DNA of 56,394 bases, counting the filler, from Basidioascus undulatus (taxonomy: Eukaryota): the NCBI GenBank assembly GCA_000826855.1. It is 3 parts of 3 records of this genome, joined end to end, with 100 filler letters (N's around TTAATTAATTAA, not from the genome) between each part and the next. Parts side by side here need not be neighbours in the genome. Positions count along the whole stretch, not along the records: positions 18,860 to 37,594 come from JTLS01000451.1; 2 more parts are not named here. One strand, 5' to 3'. Of the stretch, positions 22,900-35,775 are shown piece by piece. Each line of letters opens with the position of its first letter. Position 1 is the first letter of the stretch. The position numbers and the translations under genes are program-made. Below the pieces are notes generated by a model. That model ran no database searches and had not been told where the DNA came from. It was given only the letters and a program-made list of their open reading frames with translations.

Positions 22900-25520
22900 A
22901 TCCGAGTTGGTGGTCCTTGTATTTTCGTCACATAACGTGGTTCAAAGAAGAGAAGAGAGTGATGGTTATCACCGTTTCAACCCCTTGCTAATTGCCGTCC
23001 CGCTCCTTTTGCATTCCAAGAGGCACATAAGAATGCCAAGAACCGTGAAGTACCTAAGCAAACGCACGCTCGCTGAGGATCCCCTGGCTGCCTGCGCCGA
23101 GTCCATCTGCCAGCTCTATGCACCTCTAGCAGAACCACGGACTGAAAATTACGGTAAGGTTCCTCTCGCGCAAGCGACGATCACAAAAAGACCCCTAGAC
23201 GTGGGCGTCGAAGGCCAGCAGAGGCTAGGGTATGCATGTTAGAACCAATCCGTCTCTGGCTTATGTCGCGTTTGCGCTCAGTGATGAAGCGAAGAGGCAG
23301 GGGCGTTCCGACGTCCGACCCGTCCCCATGACAGTCGTCCATGGCACACGGGTAGTACCTGTCGTCCACATCGATTTCCACAACCGCAGGAGCGAATACG
23401 GTGTCCTCCGTCGCGGTCCCGTCGGCAAGTCGCCTTGTGACGATGTTACCCGCGTTTCGAACATACATAGAAGTGTAGTCGTTCGGGTTCGGGATGTACT
23501 CGAAGTCTGTCGAGCCGAAGACCTGTATGCAGCAGGCGCGCTCGGCTTCAGACGCATTGTCGCAGAACGCGAGCGCTTCGCGAATGGTGTGTCCTCCGCG
23601 AAGATAGCGCCTGAGAGTCGACGCCCAAAGTTATTTTGGACGGGTCAGAAGCACATTGAAAATAAGGCACAAAATATGGACGCACCAGCAAAGGCTGTCA
23701 TGTACAACGCAGCCGCAAGGGCCCATCAGGGGGAAAAGCTGTCTGCGCCCGTTGGTGGTGCTCGATCGCGATCTCAGACTGTCGATGCGCTTCCTCCGTA
23801 CGTCCGCCATTGGAAGCGGCGGCCGCTCAGTGGCGTGCGAGGCAGCCCAAACCGCCTCCGCCTCGGCCGGGGGGTAGGACTTCTGAAAGGTCTCCCCTCG
23901 AGTCAATACGTCGTTTGCAAAGAACCGCACCGTTGCACCACTCTTACGAGATGCGCCCATTTCGCACGGCCCAGCTCGATGATGGACACCGCCCTAAGCG
24001 TGAGCGAGTTCCGACTTAGTAAACTGTTGAAGACAAAAGGGAGAAACACCAAGAGCGCCCTACTTTCGAAAGTTCCAGACAGCTTCGCCCGGCAGTCCAT
24101 AGGTTTCTTGCTGGAGCATGCCCATCAGGATGTATGCACGGATTGCCAATCACAGCGCCGTACGCGTGCCCGGGTGGCTGTCCCGCCTGTCGTCATGGTC
24201 AGTATGCAATCTCACCGGCTAACCATGGACGATCGACGCACTGTTTCCAGCCCTCAGCGTGTGCTCGTTCATCAAAGAGCTCGACGATCTCCGACGCCGA
24301 TGAGCTTGTCGGTGGTGTGCGGTAGGACCCACCTCAATCGGAACTTGGTTTTCTAAAACACGGTTGTTCAAGAATGATGATTCTTCACCATGAGACTTCA
24401 GCACGAAATAAGACACACCCAGTTGCTTGAAGAGGTATTCATATGTGTCTGGCGCGTTTCTTAGAACACGGCAGTCCTGATGGCATAGATAGCGAAACTA
24501 AGCTTCAAATTACACAACGTCAAGACGGCTTCAGCAGTGTCCGCAATGATCCCTGGCTCATTTTGCTCCGCGCTCTCCAGAAACTGCTGCCCGCCGGGGT
24601 CGCATGTGTGTAGTTGCTATGCAATAGGTATCAGCGTGCTCCTCGACCGCAAATTAACGGCTCGTTAGAATAAGGCGCGAACCTTGTTTCGCATGTGAAT
24701 ATGCCCTACAGAGCCGGGTGAGTGCCGAGTTAGAGGCACCCGGAACCCCTCTGCTCGTAGTGCATCAGCACGTTCGTGAGGCGAGTCGTCCCAGCTGCCA
24801 AAGCGGCCCCATCTAGCTTAGAGAATCTTGTCCTCGAGCCGTTCTAACTTGGTCTGATTTACTGTCGAGGTAAGTCCAGTACAGTCTCCACGGCATCACG
24901 ACGTGGTAGCTTCGCACCTTTCCGGTGGTCGTCATCCGCCTCGAGCGCGATAGCCCTGGACCCTGAAAGTAAAACTCCGTGTCGAATACTGTCCATAAGG
25001 GACATCATGCACGTAGCACAGGGAGGTACGTGCAACTTTTGACCGCCTGAGTATACGTCTGTAAGCCCTCCTGAGCAACGGCAAGCCTCGCCCAACTTCT
25101 CGCCCCAACTGGATCAAGCTATAATGGACATTGGGCAACCAGGCAAGGAATTCAGCTCAGAGACCCGGCATCCTCATCCTCATCCATTGACGGTCGGAAG
25201 GGATGTATGCGTACCTCTACAGCTCGAACCGCACTCCGTTCGCGTCCGCCCACAACCGGAGCTGGTTCTCCGCCGTTCTACTAACTCGGACGTGGAAGAC
25301 ACGTTTTCGACCCTTTTGCGGCATCGAGGACGTCGAAACAAATTGGGGTGGCGCCGTTTCCCACGCCTGCGCCGTCGCCCAAGCTAAAGTTCGCAGTGTT
25401 TTCTGGGAGTTGCTGCTCCCGTGTTCATAAATACAGGGCTGTTTTCTGAAAAATTGAAAGGACATTAAGTATATGTTTAGGCCTGGGACCGCCCTGGCTA
25501 AAATATGTCCATACAAGACC
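22900..25520 (-). other. Possible multi-exon hypothetical or decayed gene
   Basis: Several minus-strand protein-like stretches flanked by intron-like signals (RKRVFHVRVSRTAENQLRLWADANGVRFEL; EIVELFDERAHAEGWKQ; VRFFANDVLTRGETFQKSYPPAEAEAVW; YVRNAGNIVTRRLADG...). No family recognised. Confidence 0.3.
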
Positions 25521-25988
25521 GTGACACGAAAACAACTCCTGTTCTAGCCTGCCTGACGCGTTTTCCGTCTTTCCCATACATTTAGGCCTTCCACATCTGC
25601 TTAGTGGGCTATAGTAAATTGTTGGAAAGTTTACTTATTCCAGAAGAAAAAAAAGAGGAGGTGGAGAGCAGTCACAAGCCGGCGCCGGTATTTGTTTCGA
25701 CGCTTTGGCGGCACCGCCGTTTCACAAAGATTCTTTTGAAGGCCCGACAAGGCCCACGAGAGCCGGAGCATCATGCAAAGCTCACGGGCATCATCATTGC
25801 TCTTTCGTCCTGCTTCCACCGTCTCGATGGCAAGTTTATCGGGGCATCGTTATGTTCACCGCGTCGCATTGCAATCGCCGAAACGAGTCCACGCAAAAGT
25901 GTTTCTATGAAAATTTCAACAAAGGCAAGAATTGCCAACCCAGAAATCACACAAAGGTCCCCTCTGCACCGCCCACTCCCTCCTCCCG

Positions 25989-28351
25989 CTACTCGTCGGT
26001 CTTGTACGCCTGCTCATGGATAGCGACGGCACGGCCGGAGGGGTCGGACGCGCAGCCCCACTCGGCCTTAGGGATCCAGCGGACGGCGGTAGACGCGGAG
26101 GCGTCGGTAGGGAAGAGGCCTGGAGCGGCGAGGCGAAACGTCAGTACATCGTGTAGGGGAAAGGCGTGAGTGTAGACACACTCTCGAAGGTCTCGCGGAT
26201 GAAGTACGCCTCCTTCGTGTCGGGGGTATCCCGCGGGTAGCGCTCCGCACGCTTCGCGAACTTCTCGTCCGAGACCTGCGCGGCGGTGAAGTCCTTCATG
26301 CTGCATCGCGGGAAACAGGAACGAATTAGGCGCAGCCGGGGAAAGTGGGAGGAAAGGCTGCACGCACCCGTCGATCCAGGAGTAGCCGACACCGTCCGAG
26401 AACTGCTCTTTCTGGCGCCACAGGATCGACTCCGGGAGGTATGGCTTGCCGTCCGGCGAGCAGTCGAACGCCTTGCGGAGGATGTACTGTGGGGATGCTC
26501 GACCATCAGCACGCTGGGGTGAATGCGTGGCGAGCTGCGTAGGCAAGATAGGGTACCTTCTCCATCCGCGGGCGGCCATCCTCGTCCTTCGTCTGGTGGG
26601 TGCCCTTCGAGAACATCTTCTCTTCAGGGTCAACGTTCATCGCCACCTCGAGGAACGCCTTGTCGAGGAACGGCACACGGGCCTCGAGACCCCAAGCCAT
26701 GGTGGACCTGTCGGAGAAGATAGTGAGCATGCGAGACCCGCCCGAAGGAAGTTTCAAAATAACGCACTTGTTGGCGCGCAAGCAGTCGGAGGTGTGCAGG
26801 TTCTTCACACGCTTGACAAGCTCCTGATGGAAGGACTCGCGGTCGGGGGCAGCGTGGAAGTAGAGGTAGCCTGCAGTGAAGTTTCGTCAGCGCTAGGGCC
26901 GGGCTATGAGACAGTGCTGATAGATAAGCGCACCGCCGAAGATCTCGTCAGACCCCTCGCCGGAAAGAACCATCTTGACGCCCATCGCCTTGATCTTGCG
27001 GGAGAGTAGGTACATGGGTGTCGATGCGCGGACGGTCGTGACGTCGTACGTCTCGAGGTGGTAGATGACGTCCTTGAGCGCGTCAAGACCCTCCTGGACC
27101 GTGAAGGTGTACTCGTGGTGGACGGTGCCGAGGAAGGCGGCCGCCTTACGGGCAGCGAGAAGGTCGGGGGAGCCGGGGAGACCGATGGAGAACGAGTGAA
27201 GTTGGGGCCAGGCGGCAAGGGTGCCTGCGAAACGAGGTGGTTCAGCCAAGTCAGTAAGCGAGGCGAAACGGGAAAAGACTCACGGTCCTCATCCTGCTCC
27301 GGGTAGTCGGCGGGAGTCGTCCAGCCGGTACTCGCCTGCTTCGCCTCCCGCGCTTTGAACTGCGCCGTCGCGACCTTCTCGGTCTCGCGCGCAGCGATGG
27401 AGGCGATGAGGGAAGAGTCGAGACCGCCGGAAAGGAGAACACCGTACGGGACCTCAGACATGAGGCGCTTGCGGACGGCGGCCTCGAGGGACTCGCGCAG
27501 GGCGGTGAGGTCGACCTTCTGCGTCGGGATGGACGCGACGTCGACGTCGCCGTTCCACCAGCTCGGCTTGAAGTAGCGCTCGGTCTTGCCGGTCGCGGAA
27601 TCGAAGACGTGCCCAGGAGGGAAGGCTATGATCTTGTCGCACTCGGTGTGGAGCGCCTTGAGCTCGGACGCGAAGTAGACCGAGCCGGGGCGCTTCGAGT
27701 TCCAGCCCTGGTAGAGCGTGGTGATGCCGATGGGGTCGCGAGCGGCGATGACGCGGGTGGGGGTGACGTTGGTGTCGAAGAGAATCCAGCTGAACATGCC
27801 GTCGAGAAGGGAGGGGGTCTCGATGCCGTGCTCATGGTACTAACCAAGCGCCACGCCCGTCTCAGCGAGACTGCTCGTGTGCCACCCACTTCCCCCAAAA
27901 GAAGACATACAAGGTGGAGGATGACCTCGCAGTCAGAGTGGGTCTTGAAGACAGCGTTCTGGTCCTTCAAGCCCTTCCGCAGCGCCTTGTGGTTGTAGAT
28001 CTCGCCGTTGACAGCGAGGATGAGCTTCTCGTCCTCGCTGAGTAGGGGCTGAGCGCCGGTGTCTGCGAGGCCGCCTGTTAGTCCACCGGCCCAATAAAAC
28101 TATACAGCAATATATCCCTACCAACACCGACGATAGCGAGACTGAATCCACCAACCCAGCGTCAGAAAGCGCAGTCCCAGCTTTGCCCGAACCGAAGGCA
28201 CGCACCGCTCGTGGGCAACAATGAAGTCCTTGCCCTGGTGAAGGCCCGACCAGTCCGGACCGCGGTGGCGAAGGCACTTCGAGCACTCGAGCGCCTTCGC
28301 ACGGTACTCTGACGGGTTCTCAATGCCCGCCACGCCGAAGATGCCGCACAT
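25989..28351 (-). CDS. ASN1: Glutamine-hydrolysing asparagine synthetase
   Basis: MCGIFG Ntn-amidotransferase start, [137 protein letters not shown]. Confidence 0.97.
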
Positions 28352-30602
28352 GGTGAGGAGTGCGGGGTAGACCTAGAGGAGCCACGAAGCGGGAAGACCG
28401 TCAGCCGTGGCTCTGCCTCGCGCTCGCTGGGGTGTACGGTGGCGTACGAAGAGGGGGTCGAGAAGAGAGTGTGTAAATCAAAGAGAGGGTTCCGGTAGTA
28501 GACCGGGCGGAGTCCAGCAAGCGAGTCCGGAAAGCAAGAGATGGTGTGGAGAGGAGAGGCGAAAGAGAAGACAAGGCCCAAGACCGCCCTGGATTCCTTC
28601 CGAGTGGCGTCCGCGGCACGCCCTTGAGGTGAGTCAAAGCTGAAAATGCCTCGGCTAAACGCGGTCCTTTCCTGCTGCCGTTACCCTGTGTATGTTTGCG
28701 CAAACAACTTGAAAGAACTGCGTTCTCACATCCCTTCTTACTGGCTCTGCCTGGACATCCCGACAACACCTTCGAGTTGGTTCGGGTCGGGCGTTGAGTC
28801 ACGCCGGGCAAAACACCAGTCACGGCGGAGCACCATGGAGAGCTACCTGCGTGTTGCGGAGTGGTCCCCTTGCCGACCATAAATACACGGCTTCCTGGCG
28901 GCCCAAACAGTTCGGATCAAGCAAACACCCACTTCGACGGTACCCAGCTTATCCAGGAGTGCGTCAGGCTTTGAGGCAGACTCGACGAGACACATACTGC
29001 GCAAGCGGTGCTGCTATGCTATGCACAAAGGTTGGCTATGAATACAAATAAATACAGAGCAGGCCTTGCACCACATCCGCTTCACCCGTCGCGAGCGAGG
29101 TGGTCAACGTCCAGCTTCTGAACGCCCAGCTTGTCCGCCGGAGCACGGAAAACGACCATGTCGCCCTGTCGCTCAAACGCGCCCCACCCGGCGCACTCGT
29201 ACTGGCGGTCCTCACGATCCCTGTCAAAACAACCCCCATGTTCAGCAACTCCAAGATTACGAAAGAATGCTAGCAGCTCACTTCAAGACCTTGACGTCGA
29301 GGGTGCCTGCAATGTCGCGGTAACATGTCAACTGCTGCCTACCATTTAGTACGCATGGAAAGCATGCGTACCTTGCTTGAACACTCGGGCCTCGAAGCGC
29401 CTGTGGCCTCGAACATGGTCGTTTACGATTGCGGTCGCCTGGGCGTGCGCATCTATGCACGAGAAGAAGGGGAACATGTCGTGGTGCAGTAGTATAACGT
29501 TGTGGCTGGGAAAGGCGCCACTGCATGGGTCGTAACAAAAAAAAAACACCATTGAAAATTGTTCTTTCAAAATGATCAAGGTGGATAATAGTCTCACCGC
29601 ATGGCCATCGCCAGCGCCGCAAGGAGCTGCGAGCTGTCCCCCTCGCGCTCGCGCCATGGTGCGCAGAGCTTTGCGAGCTTCTGGTTAGCTTCGGTGTTGA
29701 GAGCAGACATTGAGGGTTGTATGGCGAAGGGTATGATAGGGTGAGCAGAAGAATAATGCGTTGGGACGTCTGTTCAATCAATGAGGATCGACTTCCCCAA
29801 AGGCGCCAGGACTTTATACGGAAAGCGGTGAGTCGTCAATACTCCCATGTGATGGAGGCAGGCGTGGCCGGGAAGTGGTAACTCAGTTTCGGCTGGGTGG
29901 AGAGAGGTGGAAGGCTCTCTTGCGGATGAGTCGCGGATGTGCAGACACAGGTGACGAGATCCACCGTTAGCCGGGGAGCGGTGGCGCAGTTTCGGTTAGA
30001 AGAACACTAGGTACTTCTTCGACTGGACGCGGAAGGCCAGTGATTCAATATTTCCCAGAAGATGGAATCCGAGATACCTTAGAAGTCTTAAGACATCATG
30101 AAACATCCGCCCGCTGCGAGTCTTTCACATGCCGAGCGGGATAGTTGTTTGTCAGGATGACGAGGAAGCGGTTGTGTATGACATTGACGGATCTAGACCT
30201 CTTAACGCTTGAGGATCGAATACATCCAAGTCCACGGATAACATGACTCGATGTCAAAGTGGGATAGGTGTCAACATCAACGGGTCGTTCGCAGTCTTTC
30301 TTCGATACCGTCCTGATCCCGATGGAAAGTACTGGAGCAGAATCACCAATACGTGAACTACTATGTTGGCTACCCAATTTAATAATAGTTTCCACGATAC
30401 AGACATGTCATCTGGGCTAAAAAAAATTCTTTAGCACCACCGCTTTGCGATGCCAACGAACATGATATTCGATTGCCGCCCGGCATTCTCAAGCAGCACC
30501 AGCAGCACTTGACGCTGAATATCATCCCAGAAAAATAAATCTCCGACTGCCCTATACCCCATCGAACATCCGCACAGCCCTTGAAACTACAACATCCTGG
30601 CT

Positions 30603-33600
30603 TTACATAGCGGCCCGCCCAGCAGCTGCATGTCCTAATTGAGCAAATCTTTGGTTCAATCGACCTGGAAGGTGGAAAACGAGACGTACTCTCTAAAGGC
30701 AGCAGGATCATCAAAATCCCAGCGACGAGGAACAGCGCAGCGCTGACGTAGACCGGCGCTGATCGGGTCGACGACCCGCCGTAGGCGGCGATGAGGGGCG
30801 CTACAAGTCCCAACTGAAGTAAGGGGTGATCGTTGAACGCTTCAGTGAGGTGCCGAAATGCGCGCAGGTGTGAAGGAATGGACGAACAATCCGATTTGCG
30901 CCACTAGCGAGGGCATCGCCGGTGCCACGGTGCGGGCCTGAAGAGAGGTCACACACTCAGCAACATAGAGGGATAGAGACTGAGCAAGGAACGTAGCGCA
31001 CCTGGGAAAGCCTCTGGTGTATACGCATACAGGGTACCATCTGTGTATTACGGTTATCGGTCAGCCCTGAGCAGGGAGCTTATCCCCGCAGGCAGAGACG
31101 AGCGGCGCTCAAGCGAGAAGCTTCGAGAAGGTTAGATTCTTACACATGGCGTTCTGAGTGAGCGCTATCACGCAGTTGTAACCGAGCAGAGCTTGCGACG
31201 TCCGGGCAGTCGTAAAGAGAAACAGGAAGATGGCTGCGTGCCGAATGTCGTCAGGTCAGCCGCCTGCTCTTCTTTTATTTCAGCGCCCTTGCGCACCGGT
31301 AAGAATGGTCGAAAGTGCCATTGCACCACGGCGACCCAGGAAGCGACCGCGGAGGTCGACCAGCCAGGCTGCGAGGAAGGAGCCGGGCACGCCGCAAACA
31401 GCCTGACCAAACGAGAGAGTGGAATGACCACTGTCATTAAACGAGACCGGAAAATCCGGAAAAAAAAGCACTGTACCTGGATAGTGTAGTTGCGATAAGT
31501 ATTGCTGATGCTGTTGTCGGCGGCGATGTCGAAGTCTGAGAGGTAGACTGTGGCAGGGTATAACACGGCCCAGCGCTCGAATGTCAGCTCAGTATGGCTG
31601 CGGGGAAGCAAGTGCAATGGTACAGACGGGCGAGGAACCCGTTGAAGCTGTGAACACCGGTAAGTGTTCAGCATGAGCAGCCCCGGGTCCATCTGCATCA
31701 GGCACACTCACAGCGGGAAAGCAAGTCCGAGCAGGCCCCAAATCGCCCTGTGTCCGTCCCAACCCAAGTCAGCCTCCTCCTACCTCGGAGATATATTACA
31801 CCAATCCACAAATGAAACACCTACAGAATGAGGCCCGTATTGCACGCCAATCGCTTGTTCGCAAACAGCGGTTTCACATGGCTCAAGTCGACCGTCTGCA
31901 AGTTGCGCTTGGCGGTCGCCCAGACGCTGGGCGCGAGCTCTTCGCGGACCTGCTCGGGCTCCCACCCAAATTCACGCCCAGCCTCCTGCAGTTGCTCGAG
32001 CGTGAGCGAAATCTCCTTGCCGTTCTTGCGCCCAACGCGCTCGAGCGACGCGATCGCTTCGGCGTCGCGACCTTGGGCGATGAGGAACTGTTCCGACTGT
32101 TAGAGAAGCTTTTCGGGGGAATGTTGATGAGGCGGCAGACTGGGGACTCACTTTGGGAGACTCGGCGATGGGGAAGACGAATGCGCGAAGGGCGAAGAGG
32201 GCAAGCGTGAAAGCTCCGCATGTGAAGAGAGAGTAGCTGTTGATTCCTCGGACGAAAAACTAAGTGAGATGAATTGTTGCATTTGTGAGAAGTGTGGGCG
32301 AGATGCGATGGACGCACCGCCAGCCCATGTTGATCGCACGCGGGCATTCGACACGGCCCAAGGCGTCTTGCGGGCAAGAGTACTATCAAAGAGGACAACC
32401 CATAACCAGCTAATTAATCCAGAGATTCCAGATTTCTTAGAAGGGAATATTGCTTACGTTGGCAATGAACGGCTGTACAGCATTTCGCGAGTCAATAGAC
32501 GCGCCCCCAGCGACAAGAAAACAGCCGCATTCCAATTGCTCACCCATGAAATCAGGGACCCAACCACCTGCCCGACGCTCCAGAACAGACTCAAGAAGGT
32601 GAGGAGCCATTGTTTGTCCGCAGGCAAGAACTCGAGGAACAGGGCGCCTGTTCCCTGGCCACCACGCAGTTCAGCCACCTGGCTCGTTACGCCCTTCACA
32701 TCGCTGCACGGACCGTCTACGGGGAGGTTGCCTGAGTCCCCACCGGGAATTAATTCAGTGAACTGGTAAAATTAGATGGATGAGAATCGAACGCACCGCC
32801 AAGACCCAGACCCATGCACGCCGTGAGGCAGCAGAAGCCGATGAAGGACGGTGCGGCGCCAAGGCAGAGGCCGAACGTCCCCGCGAAGAAGAGGGTAATG
32901 TTGAAGATGCGTTTGCGTCTTTATACCATCCAGATACATATACATATTCAAAAGAAAGGGGAGAAAAAGGGTACACAAATGCGCACCCGATCAAGTCGCT
33001 GCCGAGCCCGAAGCTGAGGCACCCGACGATCAATCCTGCGTCTGAACAAAAGAAACATACGTGGATGAGTTGAATCATAAAAATCATTCAAAACTTGTGA
33101 ATTGGAAAACTTACACAAAGCGAGCGTCGCGAACTGCACATGTGGCGGGTCGAACTCGGCGTTGATCTGAGGCAAGACGATGGCGATCACTTGAAGCCTA
33201 CGCATTGTTCTCTCTACAATGTCAGAAGGTCTAAAACCCTCGAAGATAAGAAGTGTCTACCAGAGGTTGTCGGCCTGCGCAACGATCGAAACTCAGGATC
33301 AGCATCAGTTGAGCGCGGAGGCTGAGAACAGACGTACAAGCCAGCCGAACCCGGCCACAGCAAAAAGTTCCCACTGTGGTTCCGCAATACGAAGCATAAG
33401 TCAAAGAGTGTTTCGAAGCCTCATGGGAGCATGTAGGCACACCTGATACCGCCCCATCCCAAGCGCCATAATCTGCTCATTGACCAACTGGCACTTCGCG
33501 CTGTTCCGTCTCTCGTGCGTCAGCGAAGCCACTCCCCAACGCTCCACACCTCTGTACACGCACCTATACGCGGCTTGGACGCCATAGATCTGCGCATCCT

Positions 33601-33736
33601 GCAGGACAGCGACAGCCGCGGCCTCCTTGCTCAGCTTGTCCTTCCCTGCCGAGTCCCCGTCCGGTGCGAAGGACACAGCCTTCTTCTCGAGGTCGCCATC
33701 GTCGCTCGAGCGCGAGCGCGCGTCAGCTGTAGTCAT
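30603..33736 (-). CDS. MFS transporter (SV2/SVOP-like), many introns
   Basis: AKCQLVNEQIMALGMGRYQ|WELFAVAGFGWL|ADNLW|LQVIAIVLPQI...GLIVGCLSFGLGSDLIG, GNLPVDG|ALFLEFLP, LSLFWSVGQVVGSL, ESPK, GRRGAMA, YTPEAFP|PHRGTGDALASGANR, APVYVSAALFLVAG...LPLE|TAGRAAM* (TAA 30603-30605). Confidence 0.92.
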
Positions 33737-34249
33737 TTCGAGTCGTAAGAGCGGTTCGTGAGTGGGTGAGAATTGAGAGGAAGACGAAAGAGGTGCGAGT
33801 CGACTCGAAGAGTGGGCTGATCAGCCCTGAAGGCTGGGAGCGGTACATGAATGAGACATTGGCACGCTTGCACCCGCATGCATGTGATATGGCCAGCAGG
33901 GCCCTTGGTGAGAAACACGGGGGGCGTCAAGGGACGTGTCGACGTGGGGAAGCAGGGACGAGTGCGGGTTGGCTCGAGTGCATGGTGAGCGCACGTGGGC
34001 AAGGAGGAAGACGCGCTCGGACCTGGGACGAGGCGCTCGGCTGGTTCACTCAGGTTCGTGTGCATAAGAGGATACCACGCCTAATGGAGGGTTTCGGACC
34101 CTTTGTCGTTCGTAGCCCCTCCCGACGCGCAGTCCGATATAAGCCAAGAGAAAGCAAACAAAATAAGGAACTTGAGGCGATGTGAACTGCTATGAAGCCC
34201 AGCCTGTCACGTTCAAGGCCAGATGAGGATTGTAACAATCGATGTCCGC

Positions 34250-34400
34250 CAGTGACGGCCACGGTCCCGGTCCGGACCGGGTCCTGACTGCGGTCTTCGG
34301 TCCTGGACTGGACTGGACCGGACTAGGACCGCGAGAGGACTGGACCGAGGACTGATGTTTTGGGAAGAGGACCGGACCAGGACGGATAGGGGTCCTGCCA
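34250..34400. mobile_element. Probable DNA-transposon terminus with dense GGAC/GTCC subterminal repeats
   Basis: Starts CAGTGACGG, followed by many GTCC then GGAC(C/T)G motifs (ggactggactggaccggactaggacc...). Architecture resembles hAT subterminal repeats; the following ~250 bp are relatively CpG-poor. Confidence 0.5.
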
Positions 34401-34859
34401 GAGGGAATAGTTCCGGTACACTGAAGACGACTTTTGGAAATTCAAGCACAATAATGAATGAGCATCTATGAGCTTTTCCGTGTAAGACGGTGCTACAAAG
34501 CCTGTACTGGAGGCAGCAGCCTCACGCAGCTGTATTTCACGCAGTTGACATTTGTCATGACAGCAGTGTTTCTCCAGCTTGTTTACTAGCCTTACTCCCC
34601 ACTTCTCAACCTTCCACATCATTTTTCTAAAAGACAGTGAGTAGATATGTGTGCACTGCACCTATTATGCTTCGGTGAGCCCCGTAATCCCAATCACACC
34701 AACTTCATTCTAAGTTATTCAGAACGATCGCTATTTAGAGAGGTGCCGTTTGGCTCTCCATCCCCCTCGCGATGCTCGTTCTTGCTCAGACTGCAGTATT
34801 TGCGTACAGTGCGTGCTCGTACTTTTAGCAAATTTTGTGCTAAAGACTGAGTAGAAAAG

Positions 34860-35242
34860 TGATTCCACAGGTGGCTATGCTATCGATTCTGTGTGGATCA
34901 ATGCTGCCGGTGGTTGCGTATTCCGGAAACCTTGCTGCAGACTACGCATTCAGTGGGTTGCTGGCTCTCCGTTCTCTTATCCAGAAGTCAAAAGAGCTGA
35001 GAATGTCCTACATAGCAATGGTGTTCGACATGCTGCTCACCAGCCTCACGGCTGGTCGCATCTGGTCCAGTAGTCGAGGTCAGCCAGCGTTCGGTTTAAC
35101 CACCTTACTCTTCAAAGATGGCTTGGTAAGTCCGTTCCTTCCCTGGGAACCAGTGGAGAGCTCAAGTACTTTCCAGTACTACTTCTTGGTGTCAAGCGTC
35201 CTCAACCTTCTTGCGACGGTCTTTGCCCTGCTACGTTCGTAG
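34860..35242 (+). pseudogene. Fragment of a basidiomycete multi-pass (GPCR-like) membrane protein
   Basis: YIAMVFDMLLTSLTAGRIW...LTTLLFKDGL|YYFLVSSVLNLLATVF resembles the FD..+..LT / LL.RDG..YF pattern of basidiomycete 7TM proteins. No complete gene recovered. Confidence 0.45.
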
Positions 35243-35775
35243 CCTGCGCTCCTCGGGCGATGCAGCCACACAGCACTGACTCGTTCCCTATTTATTCCAT
35301 GCGCAGACCTGAGTGCGTGATGGCCAGGTACAAATATCCAAATGGACATGTCCAACCTTCTTCCCTCGCTACTGCAGACGTGATAATGAACATTGTATGC
35401 GGGATGCGTGAAAAATCTGCATGTGCTGGCGGTTGCGAGTCCGCGAGCGGGAATAATCAGAGCTGTGTTGTACGCTGAAAAGGAGTGCTTATCTTCAGTT
35501 AGTTTTGCAGGTCATAGGAAAGGCGGGGTTTTAATTACTGGTCTTGGTAGCCGTACACGGCCCGACGCATGAAGAGGCGGCAGGCCATGATCGAGCTGCG
35601 TGGGAGATCACCGCTTCGGACTGAGTACGGGTCAGACGAGTAAATTGTGGGAATGTAGAACTTACGAGATTACAGGTGCTACAGCCTACAATGCATGGAA
35701 TCGATCAGCTCAACAAGGCCGGCGTTCTCCCCATTCCACCCTTCCCCATTCATCTAACCGATTTTGAAACTTTAG

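Noticed and set aside
23232..24356. 374-aa plus-strand ORF
   Set aside because: No recognisable motif, composition typical of a shadow frame, and splice-like signals favour the minus strand.
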